DNA from: Lentisphaerota bacterium
GTDB lineage: Bacteria > Verrucomicrobiota > Lentisphaeria > Victivallales > UBA1829
Assembly: GCA_015061845.1 (NCBI GenBank)
Contig: SUVT01000001.1
Coordinates: 10,953 to 74,952 of the forward strand
DNA: 64,000 nt
Reading direction: 5' to 3'
This document shows, piece by piece, positions 10,057 to 21,115 of the stretch (position 1 is the first letter of the stretch; each line of letters starts with the position of its first letter). Both the position numbers and the translations under genes were made by a program. The notes beneath the pieces were generated by a model, which worked only from the letters and a program-made list of their open reading frames with translations, was not told the DNA's origin and ran no database searches.

Positions 10057-11070
10057 TTATTTTCCCTTTCCAAGATATTGCAATATCTTGCGACGGAGCA
10101 TTTTTGGAGAAAAATAATAAACAACGGCAAAAATCCTGGATTTCCAAGTACCATGTTTCATTAAAAAGGGAATTGCACAGGTATTGTAAAACGATGAATC
10201 CAATGTAGCTTCAATACATTTTCTTCTAATTTCACGATCATATTCATTCCCCAAGTATGCCATTCCAACAATACAAGCACAATATCGAACAGTCATTCCA
10301 GAAGTTTTGTGTTTTTGCCAAGTCTTATAAACTTCTTCCAACCAAGAAAACTTCGGAACAAGTTTTTCATAGGTCATAGACATTAAAGCTGACCCCTCTC
10401 TGAAAATTCTCTTATATCCGGTAATCTCCGGACATATAGCAGATATACCGGCTTCTGCATAAAACTGAATTGCAAACAATTCATCTTCTGAAATAGGAAT
10501 TCCTTCCATAAATCTTAACTGATTTTGTTCAATGACAGATCTCCGGAATATTTTGTAGCAGGAACATCTGGCAAGATTTGTATATTTCACACCAAAAGGA
10601 TCAGCAAGGATGTCATCACATTTCAGAAATCCTTTCGCAGGCAACCGGTCTTTACCACCAATGAGCTTCTTTCCATCCATGTAACAATAAACAGCAACAT
10701 GTTCTATTGTATCAACATCTGGATTTTTGTCAACTGCCTTGGCAAGTTTTTCCAAGAAATCAGATTCTAATGCATCATCAGAATCTAAAAATTGCACCCA
10801 TGTTCCAGATGCTATTTCCAAAGCTGAATTCCTGGCACCGCTCACACCTTTATTCTCTTGATGAACAACAATAAATTTTTCACCAAGCCCTTTGGCAACC
10901 ATCATATTTTTGTATTCATCAAGGATTTCTCCGCAACGGTCTGGACTGCCATCATCAACACAAATACATTCCCAATCCTTGAATGTTTGATTTATTACCG
11001 AATCCAAACATTTTTTCAGATATGGTTCTACATCGTAAACAGGAATGATGATTGAAAACAGCGGAGCCAT
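10057..11070 (-). CDS. GT2 glycosyltransferase
   Basis: SIIIPVY, VDDGSPD, FLDSDD. Confidence 0.93.
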   Translation of the reverse strand: MAPLFSIIIPVYDVEPYLKKCLDSVINQTFKDWECICVDDGSPDRCGEILDEYKNMMVAKGLGEKFIVVHQENKGVSGARNSALEIASGTWVQFLDSDDALESDFLEKLAKAVDKNPDVDTIEHVAVYCYMDGKKLIGGKDRLPAKGFLKCDDILADPFGVKYTNLARCSCYKIFRRSVIEQNQLRFMEGIPISEDELFAIQFYAEAGISAICPEITGYKRIFREGSALMSMTYEKLVPKFSWLEEVYKTWQKHKTSGMTVRYCACIVGMAYLGNEYDREIRRKCIEATLDSSFYNTCAIPFLMKHGTWKSRIFAVVYYFSPKMLRRKILQYLGKGK

Positions 11071-11071
11071 A

Positions 11072-11941
11072 TTATTTCTCTACCTTTGGGCCGTAATACC
11101 AAGGTGCTTTTTTTGATTTTGAATGTTCAGAAACTCTTTTTTCCACGGGAGGCGGCGTCATGTAGCTGTCTCCATAAAGTGTACGCAACGCAGCATCCCA
11201 TTTTTTCGGAACAGGAACTGTTATCGTTTCAAACAGAACAACTTCTGAATCATCAAAAATCTCTCGCAAAAAGCAGTATTCTTTTCTTTGAAAACGGGCA
11301 TCTAAACTACCGACACGAACAAATTTACATCCTGTGGTTGGATATTTTTTCACCCAAAGATCCAGCATAAACGCAAAATCATTTTCAGTTTTTCTTTTCC
11401 ACAAAAACAATCCCATAAACCAACCTGCGCAGCGAGAAATTGCTCCAGCTAAAGAACCATGTTTTCCTTTTCTGAAAAGATATTTTTTTCGGCAATATCC
11501 TACTGCATACCTGAGCAGGTCAAGTTTTTGTTCAATCCAGGAAGACGGCATGCCATCCAACGGAAAAATATCAATATATAACCCATGAGGATTAATATAA
11601 TCCGTTTCAGATTCAATTTTTTCATAAACCTCCCGACGGGATTCCTGAATTTTCCCAAAAATGGCTGGATATGCGGAACAATTCCGGTGCGTTACCAGCT
11701 TAAAATATTCCGGAAGCTCTTTGTCAGCTACAGATAAGAATTTTTCATAATCTTCGCGCAGCATAAAAATATCAAAATCATCATCCCAAGGGATAAAACC
11801 ATGATGCCGGACAGCCCCCAACATGGTTCCAAATGCTACCCAATGCTTCAATTGATGTTTTTCACAAACACTGGCAAAAGCCTGATAAATAGAAAGCAAT
11901 TCTTCCTTGATGAGCGGATTTATTTCATGTATTTCTGCCAT
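11072..11941 (-). CDS. licD: LicD family phosphotransferase
   Basis: GTMLGAVRHHGFIPWDDDFD, IDIFPLD, YGDSYMTPPP. Confidence 0.92.
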   Translation of the reverse strand: MAEIHEINPLIKEELLSIYQAFASVCEKHQLKHWVAFGTMLGAVRHHGFIPWDDDFDIFMLREDYEKFLSVADKELPEYFKLVTHRNCSAYPAIFGKIQESRREVYEKIESETDYINPHGLYIDIFPLDGMPSSWIEQKLDLLRYAVGYCRKKYLFRKGKHGSLAGAISRCAGWFMGLFLWKRKTENDFAFMLDLWVKKYPTTGCKFVRVGSLDARFQRKEYCFLREIFDDSEVVLFETITVPVPKKWDAALRTLYGDSYMTPPPVEKRVSEHSKSKKAPWYYGPKVEK

Positions 11942-11959
11942 ATTCTTCTTCCCTGAAAA

Positions 11960-13129
11960 TTACTGCAAACGTTTTTTCAAATTATTTGAGGAAACTGCAT
12001 CGACTGCTTTACGGACTTTTTCCAAATTCATTTTCATCTGCAAATATTCTTCGTTTGTCATTGTCAAAGCTTGCATGATTGTACCGGATAAATCATGGTC
12101 ATAAACGATCGTATTATCTGAAGAAAAACCGTAATGTTCTACAAACTCTTTCTGCATCAGCGAAATCATATTAAAACCAAGAATCAACTGACGGGAACCT
12201 GTTGTACAATACTTCAGATATGCACACTGCTTTTCCGGATCAAGCAATGGCAGAAAAAAATCTGCTTCTTCCAGATCCCGGTACATATCCTCAAAATTCA
12301 AGCGACCAAGAATTTTAAACTTTGAACGGAGTTTTTCAGGAACGCCATCCAAAGTTCCGCTTCCTATAACACGGATTTCATAATCCATGTTGTCCGGCAA
12401 ATTCAACAGAGCTTCAAACAGTTGAGAATAGTTTCTTGTATTATCAGAAATCTTTCCAACCGTAATAAATATTCTTTTTCCCTCTGAAAGAGTCTGTTTC
12501 GGCTTAATATCACCAAAATAATGGGGATTCAGCATTGGGATTTCCCTGCCTTTATAAGAAAAACCTGTCAAAACAAAGGTATGCTCAAACAATTCTTTCA
12601 GATATTTACTGTCTGCGGATTGTTTGTTCCAGAATTCGCCATAAGAATCGGCTCCAAATTCATGTTCGATCAATCCAACACCGCATTTCCCTTCCGGTAG
12701 CATTTTCAGAAAGTCAGGATATCTCCAGTAATAACGATATTCATTCATATAAGATCTGGCAGATGTCAACAGGATATATTCATAATTTTTAACTTTTCTG
12801 GAACGCAAATATTTTCTCATTCCCCAAATCGTCAAACAATAACGGGTTGGCTTTTCCGCAAACCGACAGAATGGATCCTCTTTGTAATTGACATAACGGC
12901 AAAGAATGACAATTTTATAGCCAAGTTCACGGAAATATTTCACATATCCCGGCAGACATTCACCGTGAAATGCATTCGGTTCCGCCAGAAGAACAGTTTT
13001 TTCCGGAACTTTTCCGAACAAAAGTTTCAGATAATGCCAACCACCAAGCAGGCATTCCTGAAAATTATTAACAATTCCACTGAGATATAAATAAATTCTG
13101 GAATGTTTCAATCTTTCAAAAAATCTCAT
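11960..13129 (-). CDS. Uncharacterised GT-B-like protein (paralogue of 15474..16667)
   Basis: Start moved to ATG 13129 (ATGA overlap with the upstream stop); shares ILGRL, ADFFLPLLDP and GSRQL motifs with its paralogue. Confidence 0.6.
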   Translation of the reverse strand: MRFFERLKHSRIYLYLSGIVNNFQECLLGGWHYLKLLFGKVPEKTVLLAEPNAFHGECLPGYVKYFRELGYKIVILCRYVNYKEDPFCRFAEKPTRYCLTIWGMRKYLRSRKVKNYEYILLTSARSYMNEYRYYWRYPDFLKMLPEGKCGVGLIEHEFGADSYGEFWNKQSADSKYLKELFEHTFVLTGFSYKGREIPMLNPHYFGDIKPKQTLSEGKRIFITVGKISDNTRNYSQLFEALLNLPDNMDYEIRVIGSGTLDGVPEKLRSKFKILGRLNFEDMYRDLEEADFFLPLLDPEKQCAYLKYCTTGSRQLILGFNMISLMQKEFVEHYGFSSDNTIVYDHDLSGTIMQALTMTNEEYLQMKMNLEKVRKAVDAVSSNNLKKRLQ

Positions 13130-15477
13130 GACAATCCACTTCTTAAGGTATCCAGCAACCAACTTTTGCTGGAAGATCGCAACTCTGCCAAAGTCTTCTG
13201 AACGTGCGCCCAATCCACAGGTTCTCCCAGCAGGTCCAATATATCATCTTCCGAAAAATCAATTGTTCTCTCTTCCATTCCCAAGGTTTTCAGTAATTCT
13301 GTATGCCGGGCATTCTGGGAACTCTTATTAGAACCATTTTGATTAACAGAAACCCATTTTTTCTCAAACAAGATGGAAAAAACTGTTCCATGGAAACTGT
13401 TTGTAATAACATATTCCGCATCACGATATGCACGCAAAAAATCCTCCGGGGCCGGAGAAATACCATATTTTACCGGGACATAATTTTCACTTCCTTGTGT
13501 ACCAATGATTTTTAAATCCACACCAAGCTGCTTTGCAATGTGTTCCAATTCTTCTAAATGAAGAGTCTCCATATCGCAATGAAGCAAATAACATAAAAGA
13601 GTAGGCTTGCGGAAAAACTTTTTCTTCGTCAAAATATTCAAATAATCCTGTTGCATTAACAACAAAGTCGGATCTAAAACCTGAACAATGCTTTTTTGTG
13701 GTAGAAGTTCCTTTAAGATTTCCTGTCCAATTTTTTCTCTGACAGAAATTCCATGGAACTCGTTCAATAATTCGGCAGTACTCCCTCTCCAGACTTCACT
13801 ATCTCTTGCAGTATACCAGTTCGAGCTTGCCGCATAAGAAATTTTTACGGATGACTCCGGGGCATGCTTCATGAATCGTCTGTATTGACTATCCAGATCC
13901 CACCAGAAAAACACCTGATCACTTCCTGCAAGGTAAATATCAGGTTTTCGACCTGGATTTTCCCGCCATGGACCAATCAAATGCGTAAAACTCCGTCTGA
14001 ATTTTATTGGACGTGTCATATACATACATGCAGCATAATGAGATATTTTTGGATACAAAGAAAGTTTTGTCAAAATAATCTTCAGAATTTTTTTACAGGC
14101 AGATAAAGAACATAACTGATTTTTCCACCATTTGTAGCCTTCATCCATCCCTTTATATGCCTGTGGTTCCCATACATTCCGGCAGACCGCAAAACCAGCC
14201 TCTTTCACAACACGTCTCAACGCATAGTGCTGTAAAAAAGTCCCGTAGTTATCAAGCATATAGCTCTCATCTATTGTAGTAATCTCAACCAGAGGCTTTG
14301 TCGAATTGCCTGGTTTGGAAAAATGAGAACATACTCCTCTAACGATAAAAGATTCTATCCGGGTGATAAAAGAAAAGATATCTTTGAGATAATGCGTCTT
14401 TTTCTTTCCGGCAATTCTAATAGCCTGTAAAAAAGACTTTTCTTGTAAATTTGAGTAAAAATCTTCTTTTTCACGAGGTTGTAATGACGGATGTTTTATA
14501 TTATCTTTTCCATAACATCCTGTAATAACAGGATACGGGGTCAGATTCAAATCCCCCTTTGACAACTGCAGCAGCTCCTGACCTTGTTTTGTATTAGCAA
14601 AAATAACAGATAATAATTCCGGAGCATCAACGGGCAAAACAGCTTTATCTATTCCCCAAAAATCCCCGATAGTTATATCCGATATTCGCTCAGGAGTGGC
14701 AAATTGACAATTGTGGCAGTGTTTTCTATACATTATTCCAGAAAGATACGCTTTCATGTATTCATCGGAAAAACTTCCCTCGGACTTTTGTTTGAAGGCG
14801 ACTCCACTTTTTAATGTTCCGGACAAAATCCCGCCCTCTCTGTTGCGGAAGGACAAAGTTTCTGGTTCATCTCCGAATACTTCTTGAACATACTGCTTGA
14901 TATATGCTGCAGGAGGAACCCCATGACATATCAAATCAATCAAGTACAAGTTGTCATATTTCTTTTCACCTAAATAACTCTTCAATCCGGCTATTTGACA
15001 GGGAGTTCCTATGTACAGTACTTTCTTATCGCTGTTTTCCAGAACTGTTTTTACTTCAGAATAGGTCTGACAAACATCACTCCATACATATTTTGAACCG
15101 GATAATGTATCCAGAGAATCCGTAGAACTCACAGCAATATGCTGAGCCTTCCCTGCCAAATATGCAGAACCGAAAACAATTCCATTTTGTTTCAAAACCG
15201 CAAGGGAAAATGCTCTGGCTGCACCACCGGAAGAGGACTTCTCCAAATCTACAGAAGATTTCAGCCATGCGGCATAACACTCTTTCGGATAATTTCCTTT
15301 TATTTTTTTATTCTGGGGACATACTGCAACACATTTGTTACAGTTGATACAAAGATTCTGATCAATGTATGGAATCTCTATCATGTGCTCAGATATCTTC
15401 CAGGAAATTGCCCCGACAGGACAAGTGTTGAGGCAAGCACCGCAAGCACTGCAAGTATTTGTATCTTTTAATTTCAT
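13126..15477 (-). CDS. Fusion: 4Fe-4S ferredoxin/FrhB-FdhB-like domain + polysaccharide pyruvyl transferase
   Basis: CSACGAC..CP, CINCNKC..CP, SSSGG, GTPCQ, CHGVP, DITIGDFWG; C-terminal NYG, GSDQV, SVRE, DPTLLL, TNSFHGTVFS. Confidence 0.88.
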   Translation of the reverse strand: MKLKDTNTCSACGACLNTCPVGAISWKISEHMIEIPYIDQNLCINCNKCVAVCPQNKKIKGNYPKECYAAWLKSSVDLEKSSSGGAARAFSLAVLKQNGIVFGSAYLAGKAQHIAVSSTDSLDTLSGSKYVWSDVCQTYSEVKTVLENSDKKVLYIGTPCQIAGLKSYLGEKKYDNLYLIDLICHGVPPAAYIKQYVQEVFGDEPETLSFRNREGGILSGTLKSGVAFKQKSEGSFSDEYMKAYLSGIMYRKHCHNCQFATPERISDITIGDFWGIDKAVLPVDAPELLSVIFANTKQGQELLQLSKGDLNLTPYPVITGCYGKDNIKHPSLQPREKEDFYSNLQEKSFLQAIRIAGKKKTHYLKDIFSFITRIESFIVRGVCSHFSKPGNSTKPLVEITTIDESYMLDNYGTFLQHYALRRVVKEAGFAVCRNVWEPQAYKGMDEGYKWWKNQLCSLSACKKILKIILTKLSLYPKISHYAACMYMTRPIKFRRSFTHLIGPWRENPGRKPDIYLAGSDQVFFWWDLDSQYRRFMKHAPESSVKISYAASSNWYTARDSEVWRGSTAELLNEFHGISVREKIGQEILKELLPQKSIVQVLDPTLLLMQQDYLNILTKKKFFRKPTLLCYLLHCDMETLHLEELEHIAKQLGVDLKIIGTQGSENYVPVKYGISPAPEDFLRAYRDAEYVITNSFHGTVFSILFEKKWVSVNQNGSNKSSQNARHTELLKTLGMEERTIDFSEDDILDLLGEPVDWAHVQKTLAELRSSSKSWLLDTLRSGLS

Positions 15478-16667
15478 ATCTGTTCAGTTGTAATAAAATT
15501 CATCTGAGACTTCAAATTATTCATAGATTCATTATAAACCTGCTCAGCATTCTGTTTTAATGAATCGACCATTTTTTGGTACTCATCGTCTTTCATATCA
15601 ATTGCACGCTGCATTGCAACTGACAATTCACCAGCATTATGCAACAGGGCATTTTCTTCGCTGAAATGATAATGCTCTCCAAACCATCTGTCTATAACAG
15701 GAATAACACAGAATCCTAAACACAGTTGACGGGATCCGGAGGTACTATCATTTTTGTACCTGAAATGTAATTCCTCATTCGGGTCAAGCAAAGGAAGGAA
15801 AAAGTCAGCTTGTGCCAATACCTTATACATTGATGAAAACGGAAGACGTCCCAGAATTTTTACTTTTGAGGGTAAGGAATTGAATAATGAAGGTTCCTGA
15901 ACAGTTCCAATAACCAACAATTCCCAATCGCCGGTCAACTTTTCACATATATTCAAAAACTCACTGAAGTTTCTTTTATTTTTCGCAATAGTCCCGACCA
16001 CGACGAACAAGGTTTGCTTATTTTTCCTGTGTCTTTTGACCTCTCCAAAGTAAAGCGGATTTAACATCGGCATTTGACGTTTGTTATTCAGCTGGAATGG
16101 AGTCAAAACAAAAGTCTTATCCAAAACCTGATCAAAATTCCAATCCCTGATGTTATCCGGCTGATATACATGCTGAGAATCATCCAATCCGTGGGCAATA
16201 ACACCGCAACCATATTTTCCCATTGGAGGACATCCAATGAAATCCCAAACTAATGTCCAGCTTACTTTACCATCAACCTGAAAATAAATCCGTTCCGATG
16301 TCGTTAACGTATAAGCAATTTTTTTAAAATCAACAGATGAAAATAGTCGTTTCATTTGAGACAAGTTCATATAAAAACGTGCAGGAGGATTTTCAAAAAG
16401 ACAAAATGGATTGTCAACATATCCTTTATATCTGGTCAATACAAATACATTAAACCCCAAGTCCTGAAAATATTTGCAATACCCCGGCAGGACCTCTGTA
16501 TGCCATTGATTAAACTCAACTAAAAAAACATTCTTTTTATTTTCAAATTGCTTTCTTATTGTAAAAAGACATAAAAGCCCACCACACCATTCTCGCAACA
16601 AAAGAACTTGCGTTTTTAAATAAGCAAAATAATGGCTCGTAAAATTTTTCAATTTTTTAAATATCAT
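15474..16667 (-). CDS. Uncharacterised GT-B-like protein (paralogue of 11960..13129)
   Basis: HTEVLPGY, PMLNPLYFG, ADFFLPLLDP, GSRQL. Confidence 0.6.
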   Translation of the reverse strand: MIFKKLKNFTSHYFAYLKTQVLLLREWCGGLLCLFTIRKQFENKKNVFLVEFNQWHTEVLPGYCKYFQDLGFNVFVLTRYKGYVDNPFCLFENPPARFYMNLSQMKRLFSSVDFKKIAYTLTTSERIYFQVDGKVSWTLVWDFIGCPPMGKYGCGVIAHGLDDSQHVYQPDNIRDWNFDQVLDKTFVLTPFQLNNKRQMPMLNPLYFGEVKRHRKNKQTLFVVVGTIAKNKRNFSEFLNICEKLTGDWELLVIGTVQEPSLFNSLPSKVKILGRLPFSSMYKVLAQADFFLPLLDPNEELHFRYKNDSTSGSRQLCLGFCVIPVIDRWFGEHYHFSEENALLHNAGELSVAMQRAIDMKDDEYQKMVDSLKQNAEQVYNESMNNLKSQMNFITTEQI

Positions 16668-16790
16668 ACAGTCAATCCATGAAAGAATTTCAATATTCCG
16701 GTAATACTACAGTATACCACGAGTAATTTCAAAAAACTCCTCTTTCCTCATTCCTTTGTTTACGTCAGCAATCTATCATTGAAAAAAAGA

Positions 16791-17825
16791 TTATTCGTGA
16801 GTCATTTTGTATGCTTTGATCTTTTTATAGCAAACAGAAATAAAATAAAAGAGAAAACGTCTTATCAAGTCGGCACAAAAACACATGCTAAAAATCATTA
16901 ATACTATCAACAAATGGCTTTGCCACTTGGAGAAATGCATGACAGTAGTCAATTCTGTTTTGGTTGCTCTTATAAAATCAAAACCAAGACTGGTACAATG
17001 AATCAAATAAACCCCCAGCGAACTGGGGGCAATAAAAAACAGTATTCTGGAAATCCACGCAGGTAAACGAATACCTTTGAACAAAAAGAATCCGCAAGCA
17101 GCAACAGCAAACGCAAACGGCGAAGAGTAACGGCTGAAGAAAAAGCTCAATGACACTAATGGGATAAGAATTAACATTGCTGTAAATAACAACCATTTTT
17201 TTGAAAATATTTTGTGATCCTGATATTTATTGCAAAATCTTGCACCGATGTAACACAAAATCAGCGTGACCGGTGAAAAAGCACCTAACCCCAATGTTCT
17301 GCCGAAACCATAATCGTACTGTGGCAGAATCAATTCAAAAACCCGATGAAAACGCCAATCGATCGCCCATGACCAAAGCCCCAAAATCAATAGAGGAATC
17401 CACCATTTCCATTGCTTTATATCACAATGTTTTTCCAGAATTTCGTTTAATATCGGACTTACCAACAATAAAACCGCATAGCATCCGACAAACCAATAAT
17501 CGCCTCCATTGTAAGCTGCATATTTCAACGCAGAAAATAAATGAATATTTCCACCGGTTAATGGTGTAAATATCAAATAAGAAATCCCGGCAGAGATATA
17601 TGCTGTTACAAACAACAAAAAAACTTTGGACAAACGGTACCGAACCCCATAAAAGCCTGAAATAAAAATAAAACCGCACACACTCCATTCTAACATACGG
17701 TATGTCTGTGTAGTCCATGACGAATGAATAATAACGACTCCCAATGTCAGTAAAATACGATATAATTCGATTCCGGACTCTCTTGATTTTATCTGCAAAG
17801 AGCTGTTGTTTTTCTCTGTATCCAT
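16791..17825 (-). CDS. Acyltransferase_3 family membrane O-acyltransferase
   Basis: RESGIELYR, VIIH, FIFISGF, YWFV, GVYLIH. Confidence 0.82.
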   Translation of the reverse strand: MDTEKNNSSLQIKSRESGIELYRILLTLGVVIIHSSWTTQTYRMLEWSVCGFIFISGFYGVRYRLSKVFLLFVTAYISAGISYLIFTPLTGGNIHLFSALKYAAYNGGDYWFVGCYAVLLLVSPILNEILEKHCDIKQWKWWIPLLILGLWSWAIDWRFHRVFELILPQYDYGFGRTLGLGAFSPVTLILCYIGARFCNKYQDHKIFSKKWLLFTAMLILIPLVSLSFFFSRYSSPFAFAVAACGFFLFKGIRLPAWISRILFFIAPSSLGVYLIHCTSLGFDFIRATKTELTTVMHFSKWQSHLLIVLMIFSMCFCADLIRRFLFYFISVCYKKIKAYKMTHE

Positions 17826-18857
17826 TTACTTGCTCTCTATTATTTTTTTTATTCCATAGAATACATATTCCATAAAATTGATTGTCTTGTTGAAGTGTCC
17901 TCGAAAAACCTCTAAGCGAAGATACATAAAAAAGTTAAAAGGGTAATAACCTGTGGAATGCTTGATAGCACTGCAGGTCTTACGGAATTTTTCCCGATAT
18001 TCTTTATCCAGCAAATTGTAACATTCACTGGCAGCCCCCATGACGTAAATCATTATTCCGGAAAAATGACGCTGGTAACACATACGTCTTTCTTCCTGCG
18101 AAAATCCGAAATCTTCCAACAATAATAGATGTTGATATGTATTGTACAGATAGTCAACCTTTTCCCGGGGAGATATCGTTGTTGAATGACTTCCAGGTCG
18201 ATCTACTCTATAAGCATAATTCCCGCTCTCAACAACATTTATCGTAACGTTCTCCCGTAAAATCTGTAAATAATAAGTTGAATCTTCTGCATAGCTTAAT
18301 GTTGAATCAAACCGGAGATGCTTTAATTTATCAGACCGATAAACCTTATTCACAGTTGCTCCTTTAACCCCCTTTTCTATTAACAGAAAATTCAAAGCCT
18401 CCCTGTGATCTGAAAAGAAGACTTGCGAAATGATTTTCTGCGGTTTGGAAAACACCTCTGACAAGTCTGACTTATCATGAAACCGATATACTAATCCTGT
18501 TTCCAATAAAACATCACTTTCTCTCTTCTCCAAGGCTTTATGCCATTCTTCCAGACAATGCGGTAAAAGCATGTCATCACTGTCTACATAAGTAAAATAA
18601 GTTCCGGTTATTTTCTCTAATCCATGATTGCGAGCGACAGATTGCCCCTGGTTTTCCTGATGAAAAACCTTGATACGTTCATCTTCTGCAGAATATCTCT
18701 GTAAAATTTCCAATGAATTATCTCTGCTTCCATCATCAATACAAATACATTCCCAGTCCTGAAACGTCTGTCCAATAATGGAACTTAAACAGTCATCCAG
18801 ATACAGTGCTGTGTTATAAACCGGTATTATGATAGAGAAAAAAGGAATCTTCGACAT
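17826..18857 (-). CDS. GT2 glycosyltransferase
   Basis: SIIIPVYN, IDDGSRD, YVDSDD. Confidence 0.93.
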   Translation of the reverse strand: MSKIPFFSIIIPVYNTALYLDDCLSSIIGQTFQDWECICIDDGSRDNSLEILQRYSAEDERIKVFHQENQGQSVARNHGLEKITGTYFTYVDSDDMLLPHCLEEWHKALEKRESDVLLETGLVYRFHDKSDLSEVFSKPQKIISQVFFSDHREALNFLLIEKGVKGATVNKVYRSDKLKHLRFDSTLSYAEDSTYYLQILRENVTINVVESGNYAYRVDRPGSHSTTISPREKVDYLYNTYQHLLLLEDFGFSQEERRMCYQRHFSGIMIYVMGAASECYNLLDKEYREKFRKTCSAIKHSTGYYPFNFFMYLRLEVFRGHFNKTINFMEYVFYGIKKIIESK

Positions 18858-18875
18858 TTTGAACTCTCTTATTTT

Positions 18876-20093
18876 TTATGATTTCAGCAATTGTTCGGCA
18901 AGAGCATCCATACTTAAAGCATCCGGGAATTCTCTCCGTCGATTTACACGGATGAACTCAATATCCCGTACACACCTCTCAAAAATATTCTTCCAACACT
19001 CCGGAGTATTTTGTTCAATGACCTGACCATACTTTTTCAAAAAATCTATTTGACCGATTTTGTCTGAACCAACAACATAACACCCACTATAAACAGATTC
19101 TCGAAGTGTTAACGGCCCTGTTTCATAAATTGTACTCGGAATACAGAATACATCAAAATTACCCAACTTTTCCGGTACCATTTCAGGGGGTATACTTTCA
19201 TACAGCTTTATCCGGGGATCATCTTGCGATATCTTTCGTAAATCCTCACAAAAAGGATTGGAAAATTTGCAGCCGTATATTTCCAGCTCAAAATCAATAT
19301 CTCTTGACATTTTTATAACCGCTTCGACTAAAATCTTGACCCCCTTTGTCTCACAACATCGTCCAATATATCCAAATCGCGGTATTCCCGTTCTTTCGTT
19401 CTGTGACTGTTTCAGGCATTCACTCAATCTGCTCTTCGACAACTCTTGCGGAAGACAAAGTATCTTTTCCGCTTTTATTCTGTTCTTTATTAACAGGTTT
19501 CTGTCTTGTGAGGTAAATACTATAACCTTTTCAGCATAGCAGATCATATTTTCTTTTTGTCTTGAAACAATCTTATTTTGGCACAATAAGGGATTTTTTC
19601 TGAGGCTCAACCGAAGCAAAATGTCTAAAATAATGACTTTCAGAAAACCAATAACTATATTTTCTTTAGGACGGCGACATATTGTACACTTTAACGGTTG
19701 AAACAAATCTGTACAGCTATATTTATCAAGAAATCGAAAATTTCCCTGATTACACAACCCGCTGTGCGTATGAAAAAAGTAATAGTAAGGGATCTTATAT
19801 TTTATGATCTCAGCTATTAAAAAGACATTTTCGTAAGATGAATGAATAAAGATCTTCTCAGGTTTTTCTTTTTGAAGAATTTCTGCAATCAATATTCTAT
19901 TATATTCTTCTGAATCCCGGGGATTGATATAATAAACGCCCGGCTCTTCCGGCGTGGCAGTTTCATTCCAGATTATCACTGAATTTTTAATATTCCGACT
20001 GCTCAACGCTGTACACAATGCATCTAGATAAACTTCTGTTCCTCCATAAGAAGTTGATATATGCCATTCTGTTATATGAAGTATTTTTTTCAC
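18876..20093 (-). CDS. GT4 glycosyltransferase
   Basis: YGGTE, GYIGR...KG, ETGPLTLRE (EX7E). Confidence 0.85.
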   Translation of the reverse strand: MKKILHITEWHISTSYGGTEVYLDALCTALSSRNIKNSVIIWNETATPEEPGVYYINPRDSEEYNRILIAEILQKEKPEKIFIHSSYENVFLIAEIIKYKIPYYYFFHTHSGLCNQGNFRFLDKYSCTDLFQPLKCTICRRPKENIVIGFLKVIILDILLRLSLRKNPLLCQNKIVSRQKENMICYAEKVIVFTSQDRNLLIKNRIKAEKILCLPQELSKSRLSECLKQSQNERTGIPRFGYIGRCCETKGVKILVEAVIKMSRDIDFELEIYGCKFSNPFCEDLRKISQDDPRIKLYESIPPEMVPEKLGNFDVFCIPSTIYETGPLTLRESVYSGCYVVGSDKIGQIDFLKKYGQVIEQNTPECWKNIFERCVRDIEFIRVNRRREFPDALSMDALAEQLLKS

Positions 20094-21115
20094 AATATAT
20101 TCCGTAAAAACCTGTAAGATTTTTGCAGCAAAACTGACCTGCTGTAAATGTTAAGAATCGTTCCTCTGATTTTTTTTCTTAACAAAAAATATAATTCATA
20201 TTCAGGATAAGCATTCCGGTATAAATCCCAATGAGTATTCATGGAAATTCCAGCATCCATTCCATATTCTTTAAGCATCTTACGATTTTTCTTTTTCCAT
20301 ATTTTTTTCCCATCCGGATAAAAACGATCAATCATTTTCAGATCATAGGCGAAATTGTAAAAATAGCGACAGCACGCAACTCTATATGCTCTTTCAAAAT
20401 GATTTTTTTTGAAAAAATCCATTTGTTCTTCGATAGCCTGATATTTTACCAAACACGCAGGATTCCAATGCGAACGCATTATGCTCTCATTGTTCTTATA
20501 GTAAAAATATAATGGCATATCAACAAATGAAATATTCTCATTCTGAAAAAGAATTTTGTATGTAGTAAATTCATCTTCATGAATTTTCCCGACCGGATAA
20601 CGGAGAGTTTCAAAGAATTTTCTAACATACAACTTTCCCCATGCTGTAGTGGTTTCAACAGCTTTTTTAACAAAAAATTCTTCCGGATCACAGAGTTGCG
20701 GTCTGTTGCCTTTTTGGGGAAAAGATATTGTTTCATCTGAAAATTCAATGTAACTTCCAATGCTGACATCACAACCGGTGCTTTCTGCGGCATTAAGCAG
20801 AACTTCCAGATAGCGGGGATGAACATAATCATCACTGTCAATGAATGAAAACCACTCGGAATCACTGTTCTGGAATACCCAGTCGATTCCGGCATTTCTG
20901 GCTGCAGAAAGTCCGCCGTTCTGCTGATGAATCACCCGGACTCTGGAATCTTTTTCCGCATATTCATCGCAGATTTGCGGACAGCTGTCCGGAGAACCAT
21001 CATCTACAAGAATCAACTCAAAATCGGAATATGTCTGTCCCAATATGCTGTCAACACACCGTTTCAGGTAGTTTTCAACTTTATATACCGGAACAATGAC
21101 GCTGATCTTTGCCAT
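20090..21115 (-). CDS. GT2 glycosyltransferase
   Basis: ISVIVPVYKVE, VDDGSPD, FIDSDD, GKIHEDE. Confidence 0.94.
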   Translation of the reverse strand: MAKISVIVPVYKVENYLKRCVDSILGQTYSDFELILVDDGSPDSCPQICDEYAEKDSRVRVIHQQNGGLSAARNAGIDWVFQNSDSEWFSFIDSDDYVHPRYLEVLLNAAESTGCDVSIGSYIEFSDETISFPQKGNRPQLCDPEEFFVKKAVETTTAWGKLYVRKFFETLRYPVGKIHEDEFTTYKILFQNENISFVDMPLYFYYKNNESIMRSHWNPACLVKYQAIEEQMDFFKKNHFERAYRVACCRYFYNFAYDLKMIDRFYPDGKKIWKKKNRKMLKEYGMDAGISMNTHWDLYRNAYPEYELYFLLRKKIRGTILNIYSRSVLLQKSYRFLRNIL

